DNA from: Octopus vulgaris
Taxonomy: Eukaryota
NCBI GenBank assembly: GCA_951406725.2
Contig: OX597830.1
Span: 2,232,001-2,296,000 of the forward strand
Length of the DNA: 64,000 nt
Reading direction: 5' to 3'
The notes under the pieces were generated by a model. The model did no database searches. It was not told the origin of the DNA and saw only the letters and a program-made list of their open reading frames with translations. The position numbers and the translations under genes were made by a program. This document shows positions 13,480 to 27,473 of the stretch, piece by piece. The first letter of the stretch is position 1. Every line of letters starts with the position of its first letter.

Positions 13480-13625
13480 TATGTCAGTTTTCCATGCTGG
13501 CCTGAGTTGGTCATCTTGACAAGGTCCAACAGATTGGATGACCACATCCAGCTTCAGTGTTTCAGCTTTGCCATGGCTTCTATCACTGGATGACCTTCCT
13601 AACGCCAACCACTTTGCAGAGGTCA
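13480..13625 (-). mobile_element. SINE family B fragment
   Basis: TTTCCATGCTGGC..CTGGATGACCTTCCTAACGCCAACCACT, reverse complement of the family B body. Confidence 0.6.
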
Positions 13626-14734
13626 CTGCATGCTCTTATTTACCGCTTCAACACTAGTGATACCATTTTGTAACTTGCAAGACTAACAAGCATCTCTCGA
13701 CTAAGACAATAGGAGAGGATGGTCACTATATGCAGAGTGTTGAAAGGTTAATGTATGATGGGGGGGGGGCGACAGGAACAGGTTTGTTGTGGAGGAGAAA
13801 ATTCATGGCTTCCCTGCATTATGTGGGTGGTGCCAGAAAGTGAGATAAATGTAGGGATTAGATGAGGCCCCAGTGTAGCTTCAGGGTAACACATCCATGA
13901 AAAGGAATAAAGAAGAGAAATTAAAAACAGAGAAACGAGAAAGTATGGATAAGGATGCTAGAGTAGGGTAAGCGAAGAATGCCAGATGGATATGAAGATG
14001 AAGTGGAATTGGTTAGATGTCTAAGGGCTGGTGAATGTTGTGAATAGATGGTAAATGGAATTATGGGAGGCCAATGATAAATATAAATGGGGTGTGAACA
14101 TAAAATAAGGGATTCATTTCAAATGGAATTACTTCAGTAGAGAGTGAACGATGACTGGCAGTACAGAAATGGTGGTAGGATGTATAATGCCAGGTTCTGC
14201 TTTATTAATTGCATCAGAATAATAATACCATAGATAGGAGAGAAACAGAGGGAGAGAAGTCATGGGAAAATGAAGAGCAGGCTTAAAGTTGCAACAGGGG
14301 GGAGTAGTGAGAGATGAATAAAATGAGGAAGGGTGTGGTTGATGGTAAATTATGAGTTGGGAGAGGTTGACAAGGGTAAGAAAGAAGGGTAGATGTCAAT
14401 TAGAAGGAGTTAAGGGAAGGAACCAGTTGTCTGGACAGAGAAAGAGGAAGGAAGAACAGTTGTAGGCTAGACAAACACATCAGAGGGGGGATTCAACTAT
14501 GTACATAGAAAGAATTCTGTGTATGCACACAGATCCTTGGTACTTGTTGTACATGTGTAGTATGATTCTACAGTACCAGTTTTGTAATTATATACAAACC
14601 TGCAAATATATTTTACTTTCAGAACCTTCTTTAGAATTAAGGTGTACTGTATACACACACACATACACATGTGTACGTATGTATGTGTATATATATATAT
14701 ATGAAAAATACACATATATATCTATACATGTGAA

Positions 14735-15158
14735 CATGAAGGTGTGTCGGCATCCAGCCATAAGGAGTCTGCCAGAGTAGTCAGTGGAGCTTGGCCCAGG
14801 CTTGTGGATTACCAGTTCCTGTCAAAACCGTCCAACCCATGCCAGCATGGAAGATAGGTTTTGAAAAATAATGAGGATCATGATGATGGTACTGGCTCCC
14901 TTGCCAGTGGTGTGTAAAAAGCACCATTCACGCATGGTCAATGCCAGTACCACCTGACTGGCCTTCATGCCAGTGGCACATAAAAAGAACCCACTACACT
15001 CTCAGAGTGGCTGGCATTAGGAAGGGCGTCCAGCTGCAGAAACATTACCAGATCACATTGGAGCCTGGGGCAGACTTCTGGCTCACCACCCCTCAGTCAA
15101 ACCATCCAACACAAGCCAGAATGGAAAGCGGACGTTAAACGATGATGATGATGATGAT
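14735..15158 (+). mobile_element. Two tandem SINE family B copies
   Basis: CCGTCCAACCCATGCCAGCATGGAA at ~14828 and GGAAGGGCGTCCAGCTG..GGAAAGCGGACGTTAAACGATGATG at 15020-15158. Confidence 0.75.
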
Positions 15159-15861
15159 AATTGTATATATATATATTTATATATACACATATAAATAGGA
15201 AGGTAGATCTGAGTAAATATGAAGGGTGTGATTAGTGCATGTTCCACTCTGTATATTAGTATACTTATATTAGTGTGTGCGTGTGTGTGTATATATATAT
15301 ATGTGTGTGCGTGTGTATTAGTATATGTAAGATCAGTAATGTTATGGTGAGGAGGAGGAGGAGGAGGAAGTGTATGGAGGTAATGATTCCACATTATCAT
15401 ATGAACGTATGAAAAGGATTAATGAAGCTGCTACATGCATAGAAGAATTGCATAAGATGGTTAATCAGATTTAAATCTATAAAGAAATGAAGTCTGAAAG
15501 ACGATAATCAACGAGAAAAATACAGGGAAGACAAAACAAATATATATAGACATGGGAAGAAATGTTACTTGAAGAACATATTATATACATATTCATATAC
15601 ACTTACATATAGATAGATAGACTATTATCTATCTGTCTGTCCATCTCTGTCTCTGTCTCTCTCTCTATATATATATGCATATATATATATATATATACAC
15701 ACACATATATATATGTGTGTGTGTGTGTGTACACACATATGTATATATATTTGTATGCATGCATGTATGTATATATATATATATATGCATATATATATAT
15801 ATATATGTGTATACATATATGTGTGTGTGTGTGTACACATATGTATATATTTGTATGCATG

Positions 15862-15923
<62 letters not shown>

Positions 15924-15928
<5 letters not shown>

Positions 15929-16538
15929 CCCTTTTATAAACACGCACAACCCTGGAGTTACCAACATCTTCCAAACCATACATTCAAACCTACCAATAGT
16001 CTTACAAAGCCCCAAAATGAAAAACATATTAAACAAATATAGCATAAAAAACAGTAGACGACAGGACAAAAACCTAAAGAAACACCTAACAAGAGCGAAA
16101 TTCTCATAAGAAACTAAAACGGAATTCTTTGCAAAAGAGTGCGGAGATGGTAGATGTGGGATCTGCAGCAACCCCACCTACAAATACATAGAGGGTAACA
16201 GAGAGATAAGATTTAAAAATGGTGACATATTCAAAGTAAATGCAGATATGAACTGCAAGACGCAGAACGTCATATACTGCATAACCTGCCCCACGTGCAA
16301 GGAGAATTACGTAGGTGAAACTGGTAATTCTTTGTGCCAGCGAGCCAGGATCCACCGACAACATGTTCGGCAGGAAGAACTGCGCAAGATACCACTGAGT
16401 ACACACCTAGCTACATGTGGAGGAGAAGGAAAATTTAAGATCTTTCCCTTCTACAAATGTCCGAAGAACGATACCTCCTTCAGGAGGAATATGGAAAAAC
16501 ATTTCATAGCTAAGTTCTCCCCCAAATTGAATGGCTGA
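15924..16538 (+). mobile_element. 5'-truncated Penelope-like element (Neptune-like): RT thumb end, Cys linker, GIY-YIG endonuclease
   Basis: [80 protein letters not shown]; starts immediately after (TA)n. Confidence 0.88.
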
Positions 16539-16553
16539 AACTTTACTCATCAT

Positions 16554-17123
16554 ACATTGAAGGACAAATCTTTCGATTTACAATATAATATTGTAGAACA
16601 TTTAATATGTGTGTGTGTATATATATATATGTGTGTGTGTGTATATATATATTACCTGTTATATACATTATATTGTTTTTGTAATTTACTTGATCTTTAC
16701 TTGCCAATTGTCATTCTAATTTTAACCTTCCTATGATATGCAATTTTCAAGATGGTGTCATTTGATTGTTCACTTTGAATCGATAGAAGGTGTTTTTTTC
16801 TAATATTTCATGTATAAGCATGTATATATATATATAGTGACATTGAAGGACACATCATTCGATTTACAATCTAATATAGTAGAACATTTAGTATATGTCT
16901 GTATATAGTATATATATGTGTGTGTGTATATATATATATATTGCCTGTTATATACATTATATTATTTTTGTAATTTACTTCATCTTTACTTTTTAATTGT
17001 CACTTTAATTTTAACTTTCCTATGATATACAATTTTCAAGATGGTGTAATTTAGTTGTTCATTTTGAACCGATAAAAGGTTTTTTTTCAAATATTTCATG
17101 TATAAGGGTGTATATATATAGTG
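16554..17123 (+). repeat. Diverged ~286-bp tandem duplication just 3' of the PLE ORF
   Basis: ACATTGAAGGAC..TTCGATTTACAAT..TTTCAAGATGGTGT..ATATTTCATGTATAAG begins at 16554 and again at 16840. Confidence 0.9.
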
Positions 17124-17208
17124 GTATAAATATCAACACAATTTTTTCCCCTTCCTCCCTTATTTTTCTTTTTCTTTTTTTGTCTCTCTCCCCTTCTCCA
17201 AACACACA

Positions 17209-17263
<55 letters not shown>

Positions 17264-17546
17264 ACGGACACACACACACAGACACACACCTCAACAAAAC
17301 GATCATAAAAAGTGGAAAGAATTCTTAAACCCAAAAAGGAATTTGACCATCCTCACAATGATAAAAGGAAATATAATTTATGGCCTACCTCCCCACCACC
17401 ATACACTCAGTGACACTGTGAAGTGGTCAAAGTTGAAATTCTTAGAACCCCCTTGGCGTCAATATTCTGTCCAGCAGACCAAAAAAATTCTTTCCTTCTT
17501 CTTCCCTCTCCCGTCCCCTCTTTCTCTTTAGCACTCACCTCAGATA

Positions 17547-17583
<37 letters not shown>

Positions 17584-17963
17584 ATACACATACACACATG
17601 CTCTCTCTCTCACTTTCTCCTCATCCACCTCACCCTCTTGTACTGTCTTATATTACTCCCCACCACTACGAAACTCTATAAAATTATTAAAATTCCCCAC
17701 AAAGGGACTTACTTTGATTTGAAAACCCCATTAGAATGAGAGAAAGCGCTAATGATCTAAGTGATATGATATATATGTAAAAAATGTAATATATAAATAA
17801 ATATCTGTAAATATAAACCATCCGATCTACTGATTACCTCATTTCTTCTAATATATATATATAAATATATGTAATATATGTAATATATATATATATATAT
17901 TACCAGAATGAGATTTAAAAAATCCAAAGCCGTGAAAGATTTCAAAACATTTATAAAGAGAAG

Positions 17964-18011
17964 GTCTTACAGCTGTTTCCAGGATATTTTATATGTCCCT
18001 TCATCAGAGAC
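17964..18011 (-). ncRNA. Type I hammerhead ribozyme (PLE-type, palindromic stem III)
   Basis: Minus strand gtct-CTGATGA-aggga..tcctg-GAAA-cagctg-TA-agac: intact core, stem I gtct/agac, palindromic ACAGCTGT stem III, GUA cleavage triplet. Confidence 0.8.
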
Positions 18012-18206
18012 GCTGTGAGAAAATGGTTAAGCAATAGTTATTCTAGAGAAGATATGAAATATAGAGTGAAGTGGAGGAATGAAAACAAACGTGAGATATG
18101 CAGGGATATTGTATCTGCAGATCCATTATTCAAGCAGAATGGTATACATATAAGTTTCCTGTATCTTGCCTGTGAGTTCCAATGGTATTTGTAATTGGTC
18201 ATTCCA

Positions 18207-18254
<48 letters not shown>

Positions 18255-18829
18255 ATGTTTACAAATCTTTTGAGGGAGGTCTAATATATAATTTGAATAA
18301 AAATTACAAAATTAAGCAAAAAGCAAAGAATATTCACATGCATATAAAACACACATGCACACACATGCATACAGAGGGCTTCTTTATAGTTTCTCTCGAA
18401 CAAATCCACTGGTAAGGCTTTGCTTAGCCGAGGTGTTTATACTTCTTTACCACATACCTATATACATAACACATGACAGATTTGTACCTCACAAGACAGA
18501 ACATAATTGGTCTTAATCAGTGCTCAACAAAGGATCCTATTATACATGAAGTACTTAGGTCTATGACATATGTAAATAGTAAGAGTCAACTCCTAATCTC
18601 CTAATAACCAAGATATATTTACTCTGTGCATATCAGTGTGTGTGTGTGTGTGTGCATGCATGTACACACATGCATTGATATGTATATTTTTGCCCATATG
18701 TTTCATTCTCTTTGACATCATTGTCGGTTTTACATTTACTTTTCTATGCTGGCATGGGTCAGAAAGGCCATCATATTCCAACTCACTTCTTATTTCGTTG
18801 CTCTGTCATGGTAAAATAAAAGAAACTGT

Positions 18830-19300
18830 TGGATCCAGTAGCATTAACTGATGCCATTTATTCCAAAATTCACTGCCAAATCTCTGAAACTTTTTATCTA
18901 AACTCCTTCTTTTTCTTTCTCCCTGAGTCATCTGGGAGACATTAGTCATCCAACTCTCAACTAATTTACTCTGACATTCACACTCAAGAATTATTTGCAA
19001 TAATGAGAAAAATGACAGAAGGAGCAGCAGTGAAAGTTCTTAAGTATGTTCACTTGGTCAGGATTAATGGTAGCAATCAAGTAAAATTGGTCGAAGACTC
19101 ATGACTGATTTGGGTTGAAATTCCTCAAGAAGCAGTCTTAGAATTTATTAGAGGAGAAAAACAATAGAAAAGTAATTTTGGTGACATTAAATGCAAAATG
19201 TTGCAATTTAAATTGGATTGCCAGACAAAAGTGCAATAGTTTCTTTCAGGAATTTTGGCATGAATTAATGACTGGGGTAGATGAGGGATGGAGGAGGGGG
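18830..19300 (-). pseudogene. Possible degenerate RTE-type LINE 3' fragment
   Basis: ..WMTNVSQMTQGERKRRSLDKKF.. weakly resembles the RTE C-terminal G.R.RGRP.KRW motif. Confidence 0.3.
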
Positions 19301-19419
19301 AGGAGGTGGCAACAAAAATCAAACTTTATGCTAAGTTGACAATTTCTTTTGCCAAAATATGAAGCTTCTAAGAAGGAATGAAACCACCATGCATTATATT
19401 ATTTCTAGTACAATGTTAC

Positions 19420-19562
19420 AGGTCGACTTTGCCTTACATCCTTTTGGGGTCGATTAAATAAGTACCAGTTATACACTGGGGTCCATGTAATCGACTTAAA
19501 CCCTTTCTCTGTTCTTGTTTGACCCCTCTAAGTTTAGCCCCCTGTGGGCAAAAAAGAAATAA
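19420..19562 (+). mobile_element. SINE family A, 5'-truncated, Tx1-like tail
   Basis: GGTCGACTTTGCCTTACATCCTTTTGGGGTCGATTAAATAAGTACCAG..TTTAGCCCCCTGTGGGCAAAAAAGAAAT. Confidence 0.8.
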
Positions 19563-20240
19563 ATTACAGGGCAAAAAATCAAATTTGAACTTGAGTATTT
19601 TCCTCTGCATGTTGTCAAGATACTTCTATTACACTCACTGGCTCAGACTGCCTGGCTGTCAACAGGCATTTCAATTAATGTACAATTAGATGTTGGGACG
19701 GGCATAAAAGTGGTACTTCCTGTTACTGAATCCAGAGGGATGAAAGAGACAAAGTGGGTCTTAAAAGAGATTCAACACAGAACACAGTGGGAATGGCACA
19801 ATCAATATAAAGACAACAAGATACACTTTAAGGATATTTTCCTTGTTAAAACAGGGCTTAGTTTTTCAGGCCCCAGCAGAGTTTGCAATTGAACTGATTA
19901 CAAGTAATTTTTGCCCCAGGTAATGCTTCATAACTGGATGCCATTTCTCATACCAGCTTCTTTTCTCACATCTTAGGACACACAACGACACTGAGTAATT
20001 ATTCCAAAACCAGAAGAGATACAGTAAAATAAGATAAAGCTGAGTCATCAGCAAGGAATTCTCACAAGATGAAATCTCCAAGAAGTTTAAATGCACAGGT
20101 CTGTGATCTCCAAATGGCTAAAAAGTGTCAGCAGATGGGCACCAAAGAATTATAGTTGGAATTTACTAAAAAACAAACGACAAAGATGGGTGTGTAAACA
20201 ACAAACACATGTATTAGTTTAACAATCGGGAAATGAGAAA

Positions 20241-20278
20241 GTCTTTTACATTTTGAGCCTACGCTCTTCAACAGAAAG
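20241..20278 (-). ncRNA. Heavily degenerate hammerhead-like motif
   Basis: Minus strand TTGAAGA-gcgtaggctc-AAAA-tg-TA-aaagac; both core boxes carry one substitution. Confidence 0.3.
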
Positions 20279-20884
20279 GAACACAGAGTCATAACATGAA
20301 TGTAGCTTCGGCCCTTTAAAGCGTGAGAATTTAAGGGCCAAAACACTTGCCTGAGGTGGGGTTTCTTCTTTGAAGACCTTCTGCTGGTCAGCTCTCTTGA
20401 GAGTTTCTTACCACTTATAGGAATGGACTGAAATATCTGGAATCACAAAAGAGACAAAACTGCTCTTGTTGTCATTCCTATTCTGCTTTTCCAAATGATT
20501 TGAGTATTTGGGACATTTCTATTCATTGTTTCCTAGACTGCTCCTTTTTCTTCTTCCTCATCTACATTTAGTTGTGTGTATTCATTTCGTATTGCCTTTT
20601 ATTTTTTCCTGCCATTGTAACGCTTTCCTTTTTTTTTGTATGTAGCATAATTATACATATTTGCCATTTTGGATATAAAAATGTAATGTTTGTAAATATA
20701 ATTTTACCAGATTGTGGAAGAAGTTCCTGTTTCTCTGTCGTATACCTTTGGGTATCCAAGGAAAACATTCCTCAGGCAATTGTGAGTCCTTTTACAAGTA
20801 TTTCTGAAAATTCTATTTGATAATGTTTGAATTTACAGAAAATCAAAAATTTCCAAAAGGAGATGCCAAAGTGACATCTTCTCA

Positions 20885-21030
20885 CTACATGAATTGAGAA
20901 TGATGATGATGATGGGGTAATGGTGGTGGTGGTGGTGGTGGTGGTGGCAGAGGTGGCGGCGGCAGTACTGATGGTGTGTGGTGGTGATGATGATGATGAT
21001 TAACCTGAGGCAATTTGCTCTCTATAGTTT
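20885..21030 (-). CDS. Candidate host exon (His/Pro-rich, possibly terminal)
   Basis: Acceptor cacttctgctatattacAG, then phase-1 frame ETIESKLPQVNH7TPSVLP4LP8LPH5SQFM*. Confidence 0.25.
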
Positions 21031-21219
21031 CTGTAATATAGCAGAAGTGTGAAACATCTTTAAGAGGTGACAACAGAGCAATACTGCTCCATAGCAGATC
21101 ATCATCATCATCATCATCATTATCATCGATATCAAGTAGAATGAAGCAGGATTAAACACCAAATATGAAAACATCATTACAAATAATGTTTCCTGCTGTT
21201 GTTATTGTTGTTGCTGTGG

Positions 21220-21600
21220 TCATCCTACATTCATGAACTGGGATCCATTCTTCTGGCCAGCTGTAACCTTCCCATACACAACCTAAAGCAAAGAGGTAAG
21301 GTACAGAACTGGAAGCCATTCACCTTTGTTACAGAAACACTAACTAAATATTCCAGTGGCCACAATACAATAATTGTAAACCGACCCTCAATATTTGACA
21401 GAGCTTGTAAGGTTTGGCACGGCATTGGCCCAAAACAGACCTGGATGCCTGCCTGAAATGGTGAGAGAATCCAGTCCCTGTGCCATGTGTTGACATTACT
21501 TTTTTGCCTGTGTGTATTTATGGCAAAAATGGGGTTCTTAATGGTGAATGTTTGCGTGGTGGAGCAAATGTTAATCTGATATTTTGGCTGCTGCTCTTCC
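21220..21600 (-). pseudogene. Degenerate CR1/L2-like RT remnant
   Basis: ..VLWPLEYLVSVSVTKVNG.. resembles the LL.WI..YL..R.Q.V.VNG segment preceding GVPQG. Confidence 0.35.
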
Positions 21601-22279
21601 TGACAATTCAATGAGGCAGAAATCCAAATAAATTCTCAATGTTTATTCAGGGAGGAATATCAGGGTAAATTTGTGATTTATCTTTCTGATTTATCAATGG
21701 GAAAATATTTACTATCGCATAACGAGGGAGAGAAAAATAGACTATTTCTACTAACGATGATTTGGAGGTAATAATTCAACATTCACTCATAACAAAATCA
21801 TTCAAAAACATACAAACACTCAAAAATACACACACATACATACATGTGTAGATAATATACAGTCATATATACATGCATACATAGCTACAAGATACATGGA
21901 TAATATACAGATATACATACATATACACACATATATATACACAGATGTATTTATACATATGCATATAGCCATACATACATCCATATGTAGATACGTACAT
22001 ATATACATACATGCATATGTAGATACATATATGCATATATACATGCATACATGTTCATATGTACACACATATGTGCATACGTACATATATGCATGTGTAC
22101 ATATGTATGCGTATAAATAAATGCATGAATGCATACATACATGTGTACATATGTGCATACAGATTTACATACATATATAAATTAATTCACGGAGTTAAAA
22201 TTGGTGTCAACATTCTCATGGGATGCAGAAATGGAGTTCATTTAAAAAGTGTGCGAGTCAAAACAAGGAAAGGTTGTTG

Positions 22280-22750
22280 ATCCAGCAAAGAATATGGATA
22301 TTAGTGGCATCTCTGTCTCCGTTTATCACTTGTGATGAATGTTACAAATATCTTGGAACTGATGACAATATTGCCTATGTTGATGCTGTGAGTAAAGCTT
22401 GAGTAACAAAAGAACACTTCAGCAGACTTTGGATTTCCTGCCATTCAGAGTTGTCTGCATTCAATAAAATTATGCCACACAATGTTGGTACCAACATCTG
22501 GGATATTAGAACGGACACTTGAAGAAAGCTTACAACCTGTGTTTTAGAACCAGGAAGATGTAAACAGCTTTTACTTCAACAGTGACACTGACAGCATCCA
22601 AGTTAAACAATGGGGTAGATGTAGAGTTTCGATGTCTTTGAGAGTCACGTTGTTTCACTTAGACAACAACTACAGCAAAGAAAAGAGAGAAAGGAATACA
22701 TCACAGCTATACTTGGCAGGGAAACTCAAAAGAGCAGGAAATTAGATGAA
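22280..22750 (+). pseudogene. Degenerate R4/Dong-like RT C-terminal remnant
   Basis: CYKYLGTDD, SELSAFNKI, RTRK, NSDTD are collinear with YKYLGI, ELNAKNKI, RKTRK, KSDIE of the intact copy at 30.3-30.6 kb. Confidence 0.55.
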
Positions 22751-23733
22751 CAACTCCAGAACAGCTAATCTGAGTGCACAGCTTTGCTGTGTGAACCAAG
22801 GGAGGCTGGATTGATTTACTCATCATTTCAGCAGTGGGTACATCTCCCACAGGTGAGAGAATACCCACAACATTAGCAGGAATAGTAACCCCCTCATGAG
22901 CCCCTAAAATTGCAACTGTTTCTTATCTTTTCTGTTTTGTTTAAAGAACTACTGTCTTACATCATTCACTGCCTCCAGACATTATATCAACAATTATATC
23001 GTTAGGGGCTATTAACAAGTAATTGTTAAATAATTAACTGGTTGCTTTGTTGATATCTGTATGTATGTCCATATGCATGTGTGTGTGTGCACATGTGCAT
23101 GTGTGTTTGTGTGTGTAAATTTTTGCCTTTTCTTCCTTCTCCTTTCTTATCTCATTCTCTAATCCATTAATCTACAACAAAATAGTCACTAAAATATGAT
23201 ACACTTTCATGTGATAATCCAATGAATTAACAATTTTCTACTGATATCACAATTTTCAAGTAACACTATGGCCACTACGGAAATTAAGACAAGTGTGCTG
23301 GCTATAGAGACGTAGTGTAAGAGGATGGGGTGGCTAGCAGTAGTGGTATGGGTGGTGGTGTTGGTGGTAGTGAAGTTGTACATTAATGCTGTGAGTGAAA
23401 GTAATTGTGCTTAAAATGATGATATTGATGCGTATATATATATACATGCATGTAGGTGTGTGTACATACATATACTGTAAAAGCCATTTATTATAATCAT
23501 TACTGATGCTATCAAACAGTCTATTGTTATCAAAATTAGCTGGCCCTAAACTCTTTATATAAAACGATTCCCCAAAAAATTCTGCACTTATTAGAATCAA
23601 CAGTATAAATATTGTTATCTCCTCTGCCTAATGTCATCAGCAGGATTTTATAATTGAAAAAGCTTTGTCTGAAAGTGCTCACAGTCAGTGCAGCTTCCAC
23701 CCTTTCAGTTTCTCACTCTCTCTCCATATATAA

Positions 23734-23811
<78 letters not shown>

Positions 23812-24057
23812 AAAGGGAGAATCTGTATAAGTCTCTTTTATTACTGTTTGATAGCTTTTTAAACATTCTGACTCCCACACACACCAACATCCAGTCAAAC
23901 CGATTCATTGTCTGTAATAACTCGATCTATTGGAAGGAATTCAGCCTCTTTTTCATCGGAGATACATTATGTCCTAAATAACTATGATTTATTTGATTAG
24001 GTGTGTGATTACTTAAGCAGATACCTAATAAAAAGCAGCAAAGAATGGCCATTTACT

Positions 24058-24058
24058 G

Positions 24059-24155
<97 letters not shown>
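24058..24155. repeat. (TG)n microsatellite
   Basis: Direct reading. Confidence 0.97.
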
Positions 24156-24156
<1 letters not shown>

Positions 24157-25354
24157 TAGCAATGCTTTTATAATGTTAACAGCAAATAATATGAAATGGA
24201 TAAAGAGAAATCCCTTAATCAGATCACATCATATATTGAATAACTCCCTTTGCAAAAATTACCTCTCACCTTCTTTACCCAAACTTTAATCCCCTCCACA
24301 CCCTTATGGTATTAATTCTATTTGGTGGACATATTAAGATTAGACACAACTGAATTATTACAAGCAGTTTATTTGTAAAGCACTCTTGAAAATAAGCAAA
24401 TAAATCTAAGACCAAATAAAGCCGTTATAATTACTCTAAGTTGGATCTTTTGTTCAGCCAATATATTGATATTCTGTAAAGTGCAACAAGTCACAGATTT
24501 AGCGAAAGACGAAAGAGCTAAGCATGGCACTTTCAAGTCCAATCCATTCTTACTCTCAGGAGGCTAGAGATTTAGATTAACTTCACTACTCTCTCCATTT
24601 TTGGCTGAAACGATATTTGATTTTATGCTATGTTTTAAAACTATTTCTAGATATTATCTGCTATTGGACATATCTATTGACAAGACAAATGTGTCAAGTC
24701 AGAATTATTTGAAATTCACAACAGACAACCCTCGTGACGAAAAAATCTTCAGTTTTAGTTACCTTTGAGTTGTCTGATATTTACAAAGATTTTGTCACTT
24801 TCCATTTCAAGGTCAACCAGTCAATAATTCCTACATGAATGGAATATATTTCTGCTCAAAGAGATTCTTAGATTCTTCTAGTTTCATTTCTTTCACATAA
24901 ATAAATCTTTACTGACAGGAGAGAGTTTAAGAAGTTCTTTCTTTTTAACTTTGTGGTTCAAAGTTCTATTCCATTTGTCTCACATCCTGGTTTATTGCCT
25001 TTTTCCAGAGACTCAAACTGAACATAGTTCAGAAATGGAAACTGTGTGGAAGCCCATCATAGAGATGTCATGTTACAGTCATCTGGAGTACCACCACACC
25101 ACCACCATCAACAACAACAACAAACAACTTTACTGACCCTTCAATAACTCTAGTGATGTCCATTCTGTTGAAGCTAAGTAACTGGTCTGATGTGAATCCC
25201 CCCTCAATTTCGCTCACCATTCCAGTCTTGGAGAATCTTTAAATGGTCATTAGCACTGCCCTTCCTCCGCTCAGTAACTTATTTACCACAAACATCTTGG
25301 ACTGAATACTTCATTCCACTTAAAACCGTGCACTTGCAATATCATCATTGTTGT

Positions 25355-25442
25355 TCTCCTCCTCCTCCTCCTCCTCCTCCTCCTCCTCCTCCTCCTCCTC
25401 CTCCTTCTTCTTCTTCTTCTTCTTCTTCTTCTTCTTCTCCTT
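25355..25442. repeat. (CCT)n(TCT)n polypyrimidine tract; a similar tract lies at 26850-26992
   Basis: Direct reading. Confidence 0.9.
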
Positions 25443-25789
25443 CGTCCTTTACCTTGCTTCCTTCCATGGTCAGTGAAATAAGACCAAGTTCAATACTTGC
25501 AGAAGGTTTGGTGAATTTATTTTAATGGCTTCAATGTATACTGTGAGTTTCTTTGCCTTTGGTGTTCAGAAGACACTTGACAAGAAATGGAATCAAATTG
25601 AAAGTAGTAGTAGTAGTAGTTTGGGAGGGTCATTGTACCAAGAAAATCACCTGCCCAGGTTGTTGTTCACTTCAGTTTAATTGTTTATTTAATTGCTTAT
25701 TAACTGATGAAAGTGAAATAATTTATAAATGTTTCTAATTTAGGCCCAAGGTCACAAGTTTAAGACCAAACCCTCAGCAAAATGAAATA

Positions 25790-26005
25790 AAATTCTGTGA
25801 AGAGAACAAATTACATGGCTTGTAATCCTTCTCATGGTAACAATGCTCTTCTCAATGCATGTGACATACCATTTAAAACAATCTTTTGCTCTTCTTGCAT
25901 GAATGGTAAACCAGCGGTCATTCTCAAATAATTTTCACTTCCTTCTTCGATAATTCCAAATGCTCCTACAATCATTGATATTGTAACTGTCTTAAAATGC
26001 CACAT
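25790..26005 (-). mobile_element. R4/Dong-like LINE 3' fragment (end of RLE domain)
   Basis: MWHFKTVTISMIVGAFGII..QKIVLNGMSHALRRAL matches MWNLKTETIPIIVGALGMI..QKIALLGTAHILRRTL at 31.5-31.7 kb. Confidence 0.8.
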
Positions 26006-26079
26006 CATCATCACCATTATCATCATCATCACCATTATCATCATCATCATCATCATCATTATTATTATTATTGTTATTA

Positions 26080-26402
26080 TCATCATCATCATCATCATCA
26101 TTTAGCGTCCGCTTTCCATGCTAGCATGGGTTGGACGGTTCAACTGGGGTCTGTGAAGCTGGAAGGCTTCGTCAGGCCCAGTCAGATCTGGCAGTGTTTC
26201 TACGGCTGGATGCCCTTCCTAACGCCAACCACTCCGTGAGTGTAGTGGGTGCTTTTTACGTGCCACCTGCACAGGTGCCAGACAGAGCTGGCAAATGGCC
26301 ACGAACGGATGGTGCTTTTACGTGTCACTGGCACGGGGCCAGGCGATGCTGGCAACGGACACGAATGGATGGTGCTTTTACATGCCACCAACATGGGGCC
26401 AG
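26080..26402 (-). mobile_element. SINE family B with an internal repeat unit (GGTGCTTTTACGTGCCAC.., 3 copies)
   Basis: Reverse complement of the family B body; unit at ~26248, 26311 and 26370. Confidence 0.8.
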
Positions 26403-27473
26403 ACATTATAACAACCTAAAAACCACTACCGTTATCTACCCTTAAAATTTCTTTTAACATTTGTCAGGGTGCAGTGGCAGCATCCCTGCTTCCCTTCCTG
26501 CCTTATCCATCTTGATTTTCCCCCTCCTTCCGGATCAACAGAGTTAACTTACAAGACACAAATACATTCAAAGACCCATCCATGTCATTAGCAACATCAA
26601 CTTTTCTCTTAACTTGGTATTTTTCAGTAAAAGTGCTCAATAAATTTTTAAATGAATTATTGATTATTCGGGGCTATGACACTAAGCCAGTACAGTGAAA
26701 GAATAGAATGTAAGAACCAACTTCTGCTACACAATGGTAATTATTGTATGTGAACTGGCATTGTGGCAAGTCATGCATTGAGTATCTTTAATTGGAACTG
26801 ATGTCAGGTTTTGAAGTGTTTGCCTGGGATTGCTGTGATAACACAAATCTCTCTTCTTTTTCTTCTACTTTTTCTCCTCCTCCTCCTCCCAATTCTCCTC
26901 CTCCTCCTTCTTCTTCTTCTTCTCCTCCTCCTCCTTCTCCTCCTTCTCCTCCTTCTCCTCCTCCTCTTCCTCCTCCTCCTCCTTCTTCTTCAGAGTGGAA
27001 TGGTTCTGGGCTTCAATAAATATTGGGGGGAAGAGGGGGATGAGAAGAGGAAGGGGTGAGAACATACAAAATGTGAGATGAGAACAGATGCAATGTATGA
27101 TGAAAGGGTTTGTTATTTGTTGTTGTTGTGGATGTTGTTGTCATTGCTTAGTGTCAAGTTAACCCTCATCAAACAGACTTGTGATGGAAGACATTCCAAA
27201 CATGACCACCCTGTGTTTGCAGGGTGAATCTAGGACTCCACTGTCTAATGTGAGCTTCCCATTATTTAAGAAGACATTATGTGATTTGAGTAAGATTTGG
27301 TTACCATTTCTAGCAGGCTGAAAGACAAGTAGCATGGTACTTTTAGTATCTGACAGTTACCAAGTAACCTTTGTAGACACTGCTTAAAAGAACTGAAGAA
27401 TTAGTCAATAGAGGTAACCCGTCAGATGTTGAGTGCCAGCCCATAGCTGTTGTACTCCATTCATACTACGTAC

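Noticed and set aside
26248-26400. CRISPR-like repeat-spacer pattern (GGTGCTTTTACGTGCCAC x3)
   Set aside because: Intervening segments are homologous to each other; this is an internal SINE tandem repeat in a eukaryotic context with no cas genes.
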